Shown here: one piece after another, positions 9,976-19,533 of the stretch
Layout: each line of letters begins with the position of its first letter
Position numbering within the stretch: position 1 is the first letter of the stretch
Virus record (IMG/VR): IMGVR_UViG_3300005239_000041
Location: 1 to 25,686 of that record
Direction: 5' to 3' (one strand)
DNA: 25,686 nucleotides
Source of the DNA: a virus
Lineage: Duplodnaviria > Caudoviricetes
The notes under the pieces: generated by a model
Told to the model about the DNA's origin: nothing
Seen by the model: the letters and a program-made list of their open reading frames with translations, nothing else
The model's database searches: none
Program-made: the position numbers and the translations under genes

Positions 9976-10917
9976 TTAATTACCCAAAGGATTGAGTGGT
10001 AAAAATTCTGTACCTTTATGTCCACTATCTATAACGGTTTCACCATTTCGTTTTACTTTAGTGTCAGAGTCTTCAAAGTCGTTCATGCTTTCTCCCTTAT
10101 ACTCAATAATCAAATCACCAAGATCTTTTCTTTCTCCATGAATAATGTAAAAATATTCTAATTCTGATGCTTGGTGTCCAATATAGACTTTATTATCTTC
10201 TATCTTTTTAAAATGAAGTGTGCTACATGCCTTACCGATTGGTGTTAGTTGAACAGTAATACTATCTTCATGTACTAATCCAATCCAATAATCTGGTAGT
10301 TTGATAGTTTTTTCTTTCGTCTTTCCACGATAATATACACCCATCTCAGGGCCTTCCAATGCTGCGTGTGCAAGTCTCCAACCATCTCCTCTAGTTGGGT
10401 GTTTAATATCAAACTGTTTGAATGGTGCAGCAACAGAAGAAAACGCACCAAAACTTGCCGTGATTGTTGAACATGTGATATTACCAGCAGTAGCATTATT
10501 TTGAGCGTTTGCAGTTGATCCAGCTTCAACAGTAGCACCTGCCGTAACATTTACAGATGCTTTTACATCTGCACCTGCTTTCGTTGCAATACCACTTACA
10601 TTAAGTATACCTATAATATTTACTCCACCAGTGGCTTGAAGTGCCAATGGAGCTCCAAGTACATTTAGTGATGCAATTCCAGGAGTAGGAACTCCAACAC
10701 CAAAAAGTCCAGTTGGAACAAGTCTTGGTCCAATACTTACAGTGGCATTGGCAAGTCCACCCAAATCAAGACATTGACCAAAATAAGAAGGTCCAGATGT
10801 AGTAAAAGTGCCTGGTATTATAGAATTAAGACTTATGGGAGATCCCATAATCTGTTGACTTGATACCGTACCAACATGGAATTTACCAGTTGATAGTGCT
10901 TCTAATGATGCTGCCAT
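9976..10917 (-). CDS. Spike/fibre-like protein with C-terminal intramolecular-chaperone-like domain (313 aa)
   Basis: Gly/Ala/Thr beta-rich N-terminal half; C-terminal KQFDIKHPT...RLAHAALEGPEMGVYYRG...IKLPDYW...ITVQLTPIG motif recurrent at ends of phage fibres. Confidence 0.65.
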   Translation of the reverse strand: MAASLEALSTGKFHVGTVSSQQIMGSPISLNSIIPGTFTTSGPSYFGQCLDLGGLANATVSIGPRLVPTGLFGVGVPTPGIASLNVLGAPLALQATGGVNIIGILNVSGIATKAGADVKASVNVTAGATVEAGSTANAQNNATAGNITCSTITASFGAFSSVAAPFKQFDIKHPTRGDGWRLAHAALEGPEMGVYYRGKTKEKTIKLPDYWIGLVHEDSITVQLTPIGKACSTLHFKKIEDNKVYIGHQASELEYFYIIHGERKDLGDLIIEYKGESMNDFEDSDTKVKRNGETVIDSGHKGTEFLPLNPLGN

Positions 10918-10920
10918 AAT

Positions 10921-11490
10921 TTAAACCCTCAATGTTTTAGAAATATCAGATAACAGAGTTCCCCATTGACCAGTAATAAGACTTTTTACACTGCTTACTG
11001 CACTGGCAGCTCCAGAACCTTTAACATCGCCAATCAGGTAAATGAATCCAGTAGCATCAAGAACCAGATTTTTTTCTCCGACAATTTGAACTTCACCACC
11101 AGCGATTTGAATAGTTTCATTTGAGTTGAGACTCATGATTCCATTTGATCTCAACTCGATCTGACCATCTTGACCTGACCCTTCAGCTTCAAAGTATATA
11201 TTTTTTGCTTTAAATTTAATATTATCAGCAACAACCACGAAATCGCCATTCTTGCAATATATGGATTTTGCAACTTGTTCTTTTTGTTTAACATCTGCTG
11301 GATCTACATTACATACTTCTTTAAATGCACCAGATGTCACAATAGTTCTAGCACCATTATTCCATTGGGTATCTGAATTACCAGCCTTAGTCCATGTAGT
11401 TAATTCACGACCAGTATCACTATGTCTTCCTGGTCCACACATGATGGAAGCATTTTCGTTATCTAGTAACCTGTAATTTCTTTGGCTCAT
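10921..11490 (-). CDS. Baseplate spike-associated (gp5 C-terminal beta-helix-like) protein (189 aa)
   Basis: Directly downstream of the gp5-like gene; short alternating beta strands (NIKFKAKNIYFEA, QIELRSNGIMSLNSNETIQIAG). Confidence 0.55.
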   Translation of the reverse strand: MSQRNYRLLDNENASIMCGPGRHSDTGRELTTWTKAGNSDTQWNNGARTIVTSGAFKEVCNVDPADVKQKEQVAKSIYCKNGDFVVVADNIKFKAKNIYFEAEGSGQDGQIELRSNGIMSLNSNETIQIAGGEVQIVGEKNLVLDATGFIYLIGDVKGSGAASAVSSVKSLITGQWGTLLSDISKTLRV

Positions 11491-11493
11491 TTG

Positions 11494-14055
11494 TTAGTAT
11501 CCTCCCCCATATCCACCACCACCTGAAGGTGGGGAAGGAGATGGACTAGGTGTTGATGGTGTGCTTGGAGTTGATGTAGTAGGTGTTGGTATATTTAATG
11601 CATTAGATGATGGAGTTATTGGATCAATTGCTTCTTGAACTGTTGAAGATGATGATTCACTCGATGATGTAGTATTTCTGATTACAGTAGATCCTAGTTT
11701 AGACAAACTTTCTGCTACTGTATCATAAATCACTGCATGTGGTCTATCTGAATGAGCAGCACCAACCATCTTCACTCCTTTATGTATATGGTATGGACCA
11801 TAGTATGGTTGACCGTTCACATAGCCAACCAACTCTCTAGTCTGTGAAGTACATTGTATGACAGAAAGTGTACTAGAACTATACCTACTTTGGTCTTCTA
11901 CAGTAAATTCAGATGCCTCAGTGAAAACTATACTAGGTTTCAATCTAACACCATTACCAGTCTTACTATTTATCGTCACATCTGGAATTTCAACCCATCC
12001 ACATACCTCACCCTTAATAATAATCTCAACTAATTGGCCAGAATCTGTATATCTTCCTTCCAATATGAGACCTGGCATGGGTGGAGTAACAACAAATGTA
12101 TCATCCTGAGCGTAACCATATCCAGTAGTAATAATACTGATTCCATCTAAACATCCAACAACAGGAACAATGACATTTCCATCATCGCCTCCTCCTCCGT
12201 CGCCGCCACCACCGCCGCCACCGCTGCCGCCGTCATCTCCACCACCGTCATCAGGAAGGCCGGGATCAATGGTTCCACCTCCACCATCATCACCACCACC
12301 AGGTAACTCGATGATGATACTATCATCTTCCCCACCACCATTTGATCCATCTCCACCGTCAGCGGGATTATCATTATCAGATCCATCAGGAACATCAATG
12401 TATCCCCAACCAGGATTTGTGATAATAACACCCGTTAATCCACCATCAATAGGATCAAGTTCGGCATAACCAGCTCCACCAGAACCATAATTGCATGGAT
12501 CATCAAATGCAACAAATGGAGGATACTTGTACCCCAATCCTTTCTGAGAAAGTAAAACTCCTATGATATTACCTTTTTTACTAATAACTGCTGATGCTAA
12601 TGCCTCTGCCACTGGATTGCCACCAAAAATACTAACAGTTGGTGGAGTACATTTATCACCATTTGCAATATCACAAGCACTAGGACCAGAAGTATCTCCT
12701 AATCCTGCTTCTTCTAACCACCCAAGAGCTCCCGTCGTTGGGTCTGGTATTTGTAAATTAGACAAGAATTCATCAAAATTATCTTTTTGTTGTTTTGTTG
12801 GACCACCCCAAGGGCTGGAATTGAATTTTGTAACTTCAGAACAGTTTTTAGTCAAACACAAGAAACCAAGAATGCCAAGAATTTGATCAATGACATCCAT
12901 GATGGCACCACCAATATCTAACACACCATCCAAATACTTACTAATCTCCTCCATAGCACTATTCAATGCACCTTGCAATGCACCCAAAACATTATTAATT
13001 AAAGCATTTACAAATTTTTCAGCAGCACATATTGGACCAGCTGCTAATTTATCTAGAAGTGCAGCAAGGAAGTCACCAATCAATCCAGGAAGTTCATCCA
13101 TCGTGATTTGAAAGATGCAAAATATAATATCAAGAATCTTTGCAAGAATTGAGTCTGCTAAATCTTTTGCAACGTCCCCCAAGATAAGATCTATTGCATT
13201 AGAGACTAATTGTCTAATTTGTTTGAGTACCCAGTTTCTAACTCTTTGTATAAGTGTTCTTAATACTGCAGCGATATTATCAATGATCTTGTTAATTTGT
13301 CCAGCAAAATCATATACCTTATTGACAGTGCCAAGAACATATGTTGCATAGTATTTTTTTACACCGTTTAATATGGTTGCAATCTTTGATATCTCAACTT
13401 GAATTCTAGAAATAGTGTCGGTTCCACAATTATTCGGACCAGCAAATTCCTCCATCAGGTTCATCATCTCCCAAGTATTTCCATTACTAGGGACAAAATA
13501 TGAATAGGATGTTGAGTCAGAAACTATGGTGGTTTTAAAATCCCCCGATGGTTTAGCTTCTTTACCCTGTTTATTTGTATTTGATTTTAAATCTGGATTT
13601 TTATCCTCTGATGCTACTCTCCAAAATGGAAGATTATCGCTATAAGGAAATGAGGTGTCAAATGGATTAATTCCACTATTTGCATCTTGATACTCAGCAG
13701 AACTTACATTTGGAGCATCTTTATCAAAATAACCATATATACCATCAATGATTGGTTGTTGTGCATCATCACCGTCTGCAAAAAATCCACTTACAAGTTC
13801 ACCACCAACGATTCCACTAGAAGCATTATTTCCTTGTCCCATACTGGTGGGTCTTTTAATAATTGCCGTTGGTAGATCTTCATCTGGAAGTATTGATCTA
13901 TCTTCAGTATGATATCCTAAAATTCTAACAGGTACTCTCTCTCCCCAGTTATAACCTTCACTGGTAGTTTTACTGAACGGCACTTTGCCAATCCAATATC
14001 GATAACCATCACGGCCAAAAAAAGAACTGTTGAGTAAAGAGTCTGTAACTGACAT
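11494..14055 (-). CDS. gp5: gp5-like baseplate hub/spike protein (N-terminal OB fold), no lysozyme domain evident
   Basis: N-terminal FFGRDGYRYWIGKV...RVPVRILGYHT...DLPTA...VSGFFADGDDAQQPIIDG matches the gp5 OB-domain pattern; context next to the hub gene. Confidence 0.8.
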   Translation of the reverse strand: MSVTDSLLNSSFFGRDGYRYWIGKVPFSKTTSEGYNWGERVPVRILGYHTEDRSILPDEDLPTAIIKRPTSMGQGNNASSGIVGGELVSGFFADGDDAQQPIIDGIYGYFDKDAPNVSSAEYQDANSGINPFDTSFPYSDNLPFWRVASEDKNPDLKSNTNKQGKEAKPSGDFKTTIVSDSTSYSYFVPSNGNTWEMMNLMEEFAGPNNCGTDTISRIQVEISKIATILNGVKKYYATYVLGTVNKVYDFAGQINKIIDNIAAVLRTLIQRVRNWVLKQIRQLVSNAIDLILGDVAKDLADSILAKILDIIFCIFQITMDELPGLIGDFLAALLDKLAAGPICAAEKFVNALINNVLGALQGALNSAMEEISKYLDGVLDIGGAIMDVIDQILGILGFLCLTKNCSEVTKFNSSPWGGPTKQQKDNFDEFLSNLQIPDPTTGALGWLEEAGLGDTSGPSACDIANGDKCTPPTVSIFGGNPVAEALASAVISKKGNIIGVLLSQKGLGYKYPPFVAFDDPCNYGSGGAGYAELDPIDGGLTGVIITNPGWGYIDVPDGSDNDNPADGGDGSNGGGEDDSIIIELPGGGDDGGGGTIDPGLPDDGGGDDGGSGGGGGGGDGGGGDDGNVIVPVVGCLDGISIITTGYGYAQDDTFVVTPPMPGLILEGRYTDSGQLVEIIIKGEVCGWVEIPDVTINSKTGNGVRLKPSIVFTEASEFTVEDQSRYSSSTLSVIQCTSQTRELVGYVNGQPYYGPYHIHKGVKMVGAAHSDRPHAVIYDTVAESLSKLGSTVIRNTTSSSESSSSTVQEAIDPITPSSNALNIPTPTTSTPSTPSTPSPSPSPPSGGGGYGGGY
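12175..12385 (-). repeat. GC-rich Gly/Asp low-complexity linker within gp5
   Basis: Runs of ccg/cca/tca triplets on the plus strand encoding DGGDGSNGGGEDD...DDGGGDDGGSGGGGGGGDGGGGDDG. Confidence 0.85.
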
Positions 14056-14058
14056 TAA

Positions 14059-14286
14059 TTAGTCCTCATAAACCAGACATTCTGGTTCCGATGGGTTAGC
14101 ATCACAATATAGTTCTAGCGGTGATGGATCATGATGATCTCCTGCTTCAATCTCTGCCTTATGATGTTCAGCATATTCTTCTAATTCGTGCAGTTCACCC
14201 TCAATGTGACGACGTTGATTAGGTGAAATCAAGGGATTGTCAAGGATTTCTTTGTCCTTTGCGATGTGTGTTTCGATGTTTTCCAT
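14059..14286 (-). CDS. cp12: CP12, Calvin-cycle inhibitor (auxiliary metabolic gene)
   Basis: C-terminal PLELYCDANPSEPECLVYED is the CP12 signature. The N-terminal Cys pair is absent, as in marine picocyanobacterial and phage CP12. Confidence 0.93.
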   Translation of the reverse strand: MENIETHIAKDKEILDNPLISPNQRRHIEGELHELEEYAEHHKAEIEAGDHHDPSPLELYCDANPSEPECLVYED

Positions 14287-14289
14287 AGG

Positions 14290-15582
14290 TTAAGCTCCTA
14301 GTGTATCTCGTATAATTAATAAGTGTGAATAAGATCTTGAATTTGTAAATTGATGGCAAACTTCTTTAATGAGGAACTTGCCACTTAATTCTTTATCAAA
14401 TTCATATTGACATCCAAGTTTTGCTATATTGACTTCTATACAGTCACCAGCATGTAGATTTAAGTTTTGTGGAACTGTAATATTTAGTATCTGTGTAAAA
14501 ATCTTATTATATGTAATGGGTGCTTGTGCTGAAAATTCTGAGAAAGCAAAGTTTACTTTTTCTCGATCAGTTAAATCTTGCATATCATTCATTCCCATAT
14601 AAATTCTAGTCATAGAAAGATCAAGATCTTCTGGTGGGTTGTATATACCTTTACCTAAAAATTCTGTGTCCTCGATACTTTCCCAGTCAAATTCAATTTT
14701 ATCTTGACCAGTTTCCATAGCACCAGCAAAAGGATCTAAATTATATCTTTTTGCACCAAATGCACCCAATTGTGTTTTTCTCACCAAATCATTCGATTGT
14801 ATTTGAGTATATCTCAATATCCTCTTATTTGGATTTGATTGAGTTCCATATGGATTTTTTGGTTCGTATTGAGTAGCAGCAGTTCCACCATAAGTATAAA
14901 CTACATTAACACCATCTTCTTGAAGAATCGGTTGTTTAATTAGGGATTCGATTGATTTAAAATTATAACCTCTTCTAGTTTCAAAGAAAACAAATCCAGC
15001 AGATTTTCCAGATTCTTCACCAATAGATCTCGGGCACATTTTCAAAATAACAGTGAATGGTTTTCTAGAATTGCCTTGATATGAAAAATTAGATGAACAT
15101 GGAGATGTGATAAATTCTTTATCTGTTTTTAACTCAGTATCTAAAATACTACGAACATTCTCAGATGTTACAGCCTCTGGTAATTTTCTAAAGACTCTTT
15201 CCCTTGAGTCTACAAAAAATTCATTTGAAATAAAATTAAATTGAAGTAATTCTTTATTGTTATCCTGCGATAACTGAGCTGGTTTGAAAACTCTCAGTGT
15301 TGTAAGATTGAGAGTTTGTTTGCGTTGATTTGTTATTTTAATATCTGCTTTTTCACCACCAATTACAGGTAATCCAGACATCAATGGATCGTTAAATGTT
15401 TTAGAATTAATATTATTTCTACCACTGTCCATTACAAAAGTTTTTGCAGTCACTACTGGTGAAAAAATATCTTCATAGTATAAAAATTCTCCACCAGTAC
15501 CTGCACTGATGTCAACTTCATTCTCACCATTAGCACTGGTGAGTGTAAATTTTTCTATAATAGATAATTCGGTTGCTGACAT
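14290..15582 (-). CDS. Baseplate hub protein, gp27-like (430 aa)
   Basis: YYEDIFSPVVTA, GLPVIGGE, AGFVFFETRRGYNFKSIESL, LHAGDCIEVNI...LSGKFLIKEVCHQF motifs; position upstream of gp5. Confidence 0.7.
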   Translation of the reverse strand: MSATELSIIEKFTLTSANGENEVDISAGTGGEFLYYEDIFSPVVTAKTFVMDSGRNNINSKTFNDPLMSGLPVIGGEKADIKITNQRKQTLNLTTLRVFKPAQLSQDNNKELLQFNFISNEFFVDSRERVFRKLPEAVTSENVRSILDTELKTDKEFITSPCSSNFSYQGNSRKPFTVILKMCPRSIGEESGKSAGFVFFETRRGYNFKSIESLIKQPILQEDGVNVVYTYGGTAATQYEPKNPYGTQSNPNKRILRYTQIQSNDLVRKTQLGAFGAKRYNLDPFAGAMETGQDKIEFDWESIEDTEFLGKGIYNPPEDLDLSMTRIYMGMNDMQDLTDREKVNFAFSEFSAQAPITYNKIFTQILNITVPQNLNLHAGDCIEVNIAKLGCQYEFDKELSGKFLIKEVCHQFTNSRSYSHLLIIRDTLGA

Positions 15583-17643
15583 CAGGTATATGCTGTAGAA
15601 ACGTCGGTGACAATACTATTTAACGATGTACCTCTAGATGATCCACTTGACATAGATCCGCCTGTAGGAATTGGTGTTGGTTTTTCAATAGGAACAGGAA
15701 TGTAAGTAATTAGAGGGCCGTTTCTTTTTCTTTGACCTCTAGGAATATTATAACTCACATTAACTGGTTTAACATTACCAGAATCTGTAAAGTTTTTATT
15801 CATCCATGTTATTGGATCACTTGGTGCTCTAAAATTACCCATTGAATCTGGTGTAAGATTTGAAATCTCCCAGTGTAGATGATCAGTATATTCATTTGGA
15901 TTACCAAATCCAGAACCACCAACTGTTCCTAGCATAGTTTTGCTACCAAACTTTGACCCAGGTCTTAAAGGAGATTGAGTATTCATATGCCCAAAGAAAT
16001 GATATGCATTAAACTTATCGTCCTTCCATGTCACCCAATTTCCATATCCACCATCATTTGATGCACCCAACTTTCCAGTTTGATGTACTTTTCCAGGAAG
16101 ATATGAATATAGTGGAGTTCCTCTACGGGCACCAATATCAATACCAGAATGCTGTTTGAGACCTCTACCCAGATCTCGCTGGCCCATCCCAGAAGTAATT
16201 ACGGCACCTCCTTTTCTTCCTTGAGAAATTGGACTTGTAGGTATACTGACACTAGCCCCTCTTCCTTGAGGAGCGTATGCACTACCAGTAGTTCCTTTTA
16301 GTGATGTTAAACCAGTTGAGGCAGGAGCTGGTCGTGGGTTTTTGTTGTGGTTGTGCTGGTGAAGGTGATGGAACAACTGTTGGTTGTGGGGATTGCACTA
16401 CTGGAGGTGCCTTTCCTAACGGAGTTTGAGCTGCTTTATTAATCAGATCCATTCCTGCCTGATCTTTCAATAATCCAGTTCTTTTATCTGCTGTCCAGTG
16501 ACTCAATCCACCACCTGGCATAGTCAATAAAACGGCCGCCAAATAATCTTGAACATCTGGACTAAATTTTACCTTATCTGAAATTCCAGCATATCTTAAG
16601 ACAGACTCCAAAGTTCCTTTTAAGAACTGATATCTTCCTGCAGCATGTATAAACCCTTGATTATTTCCCAATTTTTTATTTTGAGATTGCAAAACCTCAG
16701 CAATAGTCATGTTGGTGAGATCTTTTCCAATTCCACCTTTTGATGGACCACTATATGGTCTTCTCCCCGCCCTATCAGGTACTGTGCCTTGATTCATTGC
16801 ATTATAATTTCCAGCAGCTGCTGATTCATATTCAGATATTTTATCTAAAGCCTGTCTATGGATAGGTTGCAATCTACTTGAATAGTTACCTCCTGATGTA
16901 GATCCTGATGTAGATGGAGTAGCAGGTGTAGATTCAGTAGTTGATTGTGATGGTCTTTGTTGTGCTTGACCTTTACCTGATCCAGATGGATCACCTCCTG
17001 GACCTTGAAATTCTGGTTCTGGTTTCGGTGTTGTTATATTTTTAACATTGTCTACTGCATCATCAAAGTTTTTCCCCAAAGAATCAAAAGATTCATTTAA
17101 CCCATCTATTTCCTTTTGTAATTTTCCTTCTTTGTCTGTGAAATCAAAGTTTTTAATATTAGCAATTCCCTGAGATACAACTCCCTTTATTCCAACAACA
17201 ATATTTCTGACATCCTGAAGCATTCTTTTGCCAGCATTAATGATATTTCCAATACGATATTTTAGCGTATCAATAAATGCTAAGATTTTGGGAAGTTGTG
17301 TAGTCAACCAACCTAGGAGAAGATATCCTAGTGCATTCATTATTCTGCCTAAGAATCCTTTTCCTTTATCTAGAGCGCGAGCTGCAATTCCACCACCACT
17401 AGATTTATTTGCCTCTAGTATATCCTCTCTCGATCTTCTTTCATTTCTAAATCTAAACAGTTGATTTAGTCTTCTTTCCTTCTGATTTATTCTGTCACCA
17501 ACTAATTTTTTCTTTTGAAATACTTTTATAGCTTTAATTGAAGATTTTCTAGTAGAAATGGTGCTTCTTCTAAGAGAAACAATAGTTTCATCTAGAGGAG
17601 AAGACTTAAAAGTATCTCTTAGTAGAGCAGATGAAAGTGCCAT
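15582..17643 (-). CDS. Tape-measure-like virion protein with lysozyme-like domain and M23 peptidase (about 686 aa); one frameshift at about 16337
   Basis: 16282..17643 has EYES..GNYNAMN...AAGRYQF...FSPDVQD (lysozyme/transglycosylase-like). 15582..16376 has HSGIDIG...GYGNWV...FGHM...HLHWEI (M23). Removing one base in AAAAACCC joins them as ...PQQKPRPAPAST.... Confidence 0.8.
16958..17004. repeat. 47-bp direct repeat, copy 1 (encodes GPGGDPSGSGKGQAQQ)
   Basis: Matches 17938..17984 with 2 synonymous mismatches; 38 bp are identical. Confidence 0.95.
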
Positions 17644-17645
17644 TA

Positions 17646-19355
17646 TTATTGATAATTTATGTTATAAATTGATGTTGCTAGACTTCTATATGGATTCAAC
17701 GTATCATATGTTAATTGATCTGGAATTTCATTTGATGCTGTAAGTGGGTATTTATTTTCAAGTTTTTGAAGAGTTTCTTTGACATCCTGTGGTATTTCAT
17801 TATCATTTAATAGATTACCATCGAATGGTCCCATAGACATTAATCTATTGGAAGTCTGTTTATCAGTACTAGGAACCTTAACATTCTCCTGACTAAGATT
17901 TGGCGATGCAGCTGACGGTGCTTCCACATTAGGTTTCTGTTGTGCTTGACCTTTACCTGATCCAGATGGATCACCACCAGGACCATAAAATGCCCCACCA
18001 GATGGTTTCTCCATCAATCCTATGCCTTGCAACATATTTGTGATTGGATCATTTAAGAACCCAAACATGTTATCCATACCAAGCATGTCATAACCACTAT
18101 CTAGCATTGGGGTAACGAGACTGCCAACGTACTGCCCAGCACCAGCACCAGCAATTCCGCCAGCAGCTCCAACTAAAAATGCTCCTGGTCCAGTTGTAAG
18201 ACCGAGAGCACCCGCGACTCCAGCGCCTAAAGTTGCACCTTTAAGAGTCATCATAATTTCTGGTATTACAGGTAAGACCGCCCTAACTGGCGACATTCCT
18301 TCATTCAATCTATTTTTTACTTTCTGATATACATATAGTCCTTTTAATATACCTCCAAGACCACTTATAAATCTTCCACCACTCAATAATCCTTTTAATC
18401 CACTAAAAACTTTTCTAGGTTTAAAGAGAAAATCAAGTCCTTTATTACCAGATACTTTGGGAGGTGTAAATTTTGGTGGTATGCTAGGTGCCCTACCTGG
18501 GGTAGTCCCTCCCATTTGAGGACCAGTCGGTTTCCCACTAGGACCGAGAATTGGTCCACCAGATCCTGGAAGTCTACCAGGAGGTACTCCAGGTCTTGAT
18601 GCACCAGGAACTGTAGTAGCACCAGGCTTTGGCGTAGCACCAGGAACTGTAGTAGCACCAGGTTTTGGTTTTGGTGTCGCACCTGGTGTTACAGCAGGAG
18701 GTTTTTTAAAAAATCTACCAAAAAGAAGATTAAATCCGCCTCCTATTACCCATGTACTAATTCTTAAAGCTAATCCACCAATTTTGGCAATAAACCCAAT
18801 CAATCCAAGATTTAATACAGCAAATGCTGCAACACCAGCTGCTATTGCAATACCAAATTCTTTTTGTAATTTTTCAAATTCAGATGTATTTCCATCTGCG
18901 TCAGCCTGAAGCATTCTGAGGAATTTAGTGGTCAACCAACCACCAAAAAGAAACAGTAATGCTTTTTTTAAATCAAATAATTTACTACTTACAACACCCT
19001 TTATTGCATTAATGGGTTTTGTTATTGCAGAAGTGAGTCTTCCCTCTAAAATATTTTCAGATCTTCCAAAAGCAGTTCTTTCAGCGTCTCGTAATCTTTC
19101 ACGCTTAGATGCATCTGCTTGAGATAATTCTGCCCTTGTCTCACCACTTATGGCTTTCGTAAGAGTTTCAAGATTTCTACCAATAGACTCAACGTTTCTA
19201 TTGATAGATGTTAATTGTTTTCCTAAAAAAGTATATACTTCTACTTGCTGCCTATTATTCTGAGTCTCAACTTCCACAAGACTTTCACGCACCGAAGAAG
19301 CTGTAACTGTGCTTTGTGATGGTAATAGTTTTGATGTGTTGAGTCTAGATGCCAT
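17646..19355 (-). CDS. Tape-measure / gp29-like protein (569 aa)
   Basis: N-terminal coiled coil, several hydrophobic Gly/Ala-rich helices and Pro-Gly linkers; located immediately after the gp26/gp51 pair. Confidence 0.6.
   Translation of the reverse strand: MASRLNTSKLLPSQSTVTASSVRESLVEVETQNNRQQVEVYTFLGKQLTSINRNVESIGRNLETLTKAISGETRAELSQADASKRERLRDAERTAFGRSENILEGRLTSAITKPINAIKGVVSSKLFDLKKALLFLFGGWLTTKFLRMLQADADGNTSEFEKLQKEFGIAIAAGVAAFAVLNLGLIGFIAKIGGLALRISTWVIGGGFNLLFGRFFKKPPAVTPGATPKPKPGATTVPGATPKPGATTVPGASRPGVPPGRLPGSGGPILGPSGKPTGPQMGGTTPGRAPSIPPKFTPPKVSGNKGLDFLFKPRKVFSGLKGLLSGGRFISGLGGILKGLYVYQKVKNRLNEGMSPVRAVLPVIPEIMMTLKGATLGAGVAGALGLTTGPGAFLVGAAGGIAGAGAGQYVGSLVTPMLDSGYDMLGMDNMFGFLNDPITNMLQGIGLMEKPSGGAFYGPGGDPSGSGKGQAQQKPNVEAPSAASPNLSQENVKVPSTDKQTSNRLMSMGPFDGNLLNDNEIPQDVKETLQKLENKYPLTASNEIPDQLTYDTLNPYRSLATSIYNINYQ
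17938..17984. repeat. 47-bp direct repeat, copy 2
   Basis: tgttgtgcttgacctttacctgatccagatggatcacc is identical to 16958..16995; offset 980 bp. Confidence 0.95.
18601..18662. repeat. 26-bp direct repeat with 36-bp period (PGATTVPGA peptide repeat)
   Basis: gcaccaggaactgtagtagcaccagg at 18601-18626 and 18637-18662. Confidence 0.9.
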
Positions 19356-19533
19356 TTGCTTGCTTACGTTTCAGTTCTTCTTCTTCAAGGTATGCTAAGA
19401 GAAGTGAAACATACACTTCTCTTTCCCATGGCATCATATCCTCTAACTCACTTAAACTATATTTATGATGCTGCATCAAGGCAAAATTAGTTTGATAGTA
19501 CGACATCAGAGAAGTATGTGCCAGGGCTATGCG
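19345..19533 (-). CDS. gp51: Small 'gp51' baseplate hub assembly catalyst ORF; probably the -1 frameshift extension of gp26 (first ATG at 19506)
   Basis: Missing from the ORF track. Reads RIALAHTSLMSYYQTNFALMQHHKYSLSELEDMMPWEREVYVSLLLAYLEEEELKRKQANGI*, with the cyanophage gp51 motif NFALMQHHKYSL.E.E.MMPWERE.Y. Confidence 0.88.
   Translation of the reverse strand, partial: RIALAHTSLMSYYQTNFALMQHHKYSLSELEDMMPWEREVYVSLLLAYLEEEELKRKQANGI

Noticed and set aside
864-19122. Many plus-strand ORFs (e.g. 1866..2225, 3016..3582, 5968..6282, 12170..12469)
   Set aside because: Antisense shadows of long minus-strand genes with biased codon usage; no promoters or motifs, and low-complexity products.
19460-19466. 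ATAAATA inside gp51 as a late promoter for the tape-measure-like gene
   Set aside because: Explained by the conserved His-Lys-Tyr codons; cannot be distinguished from chance.
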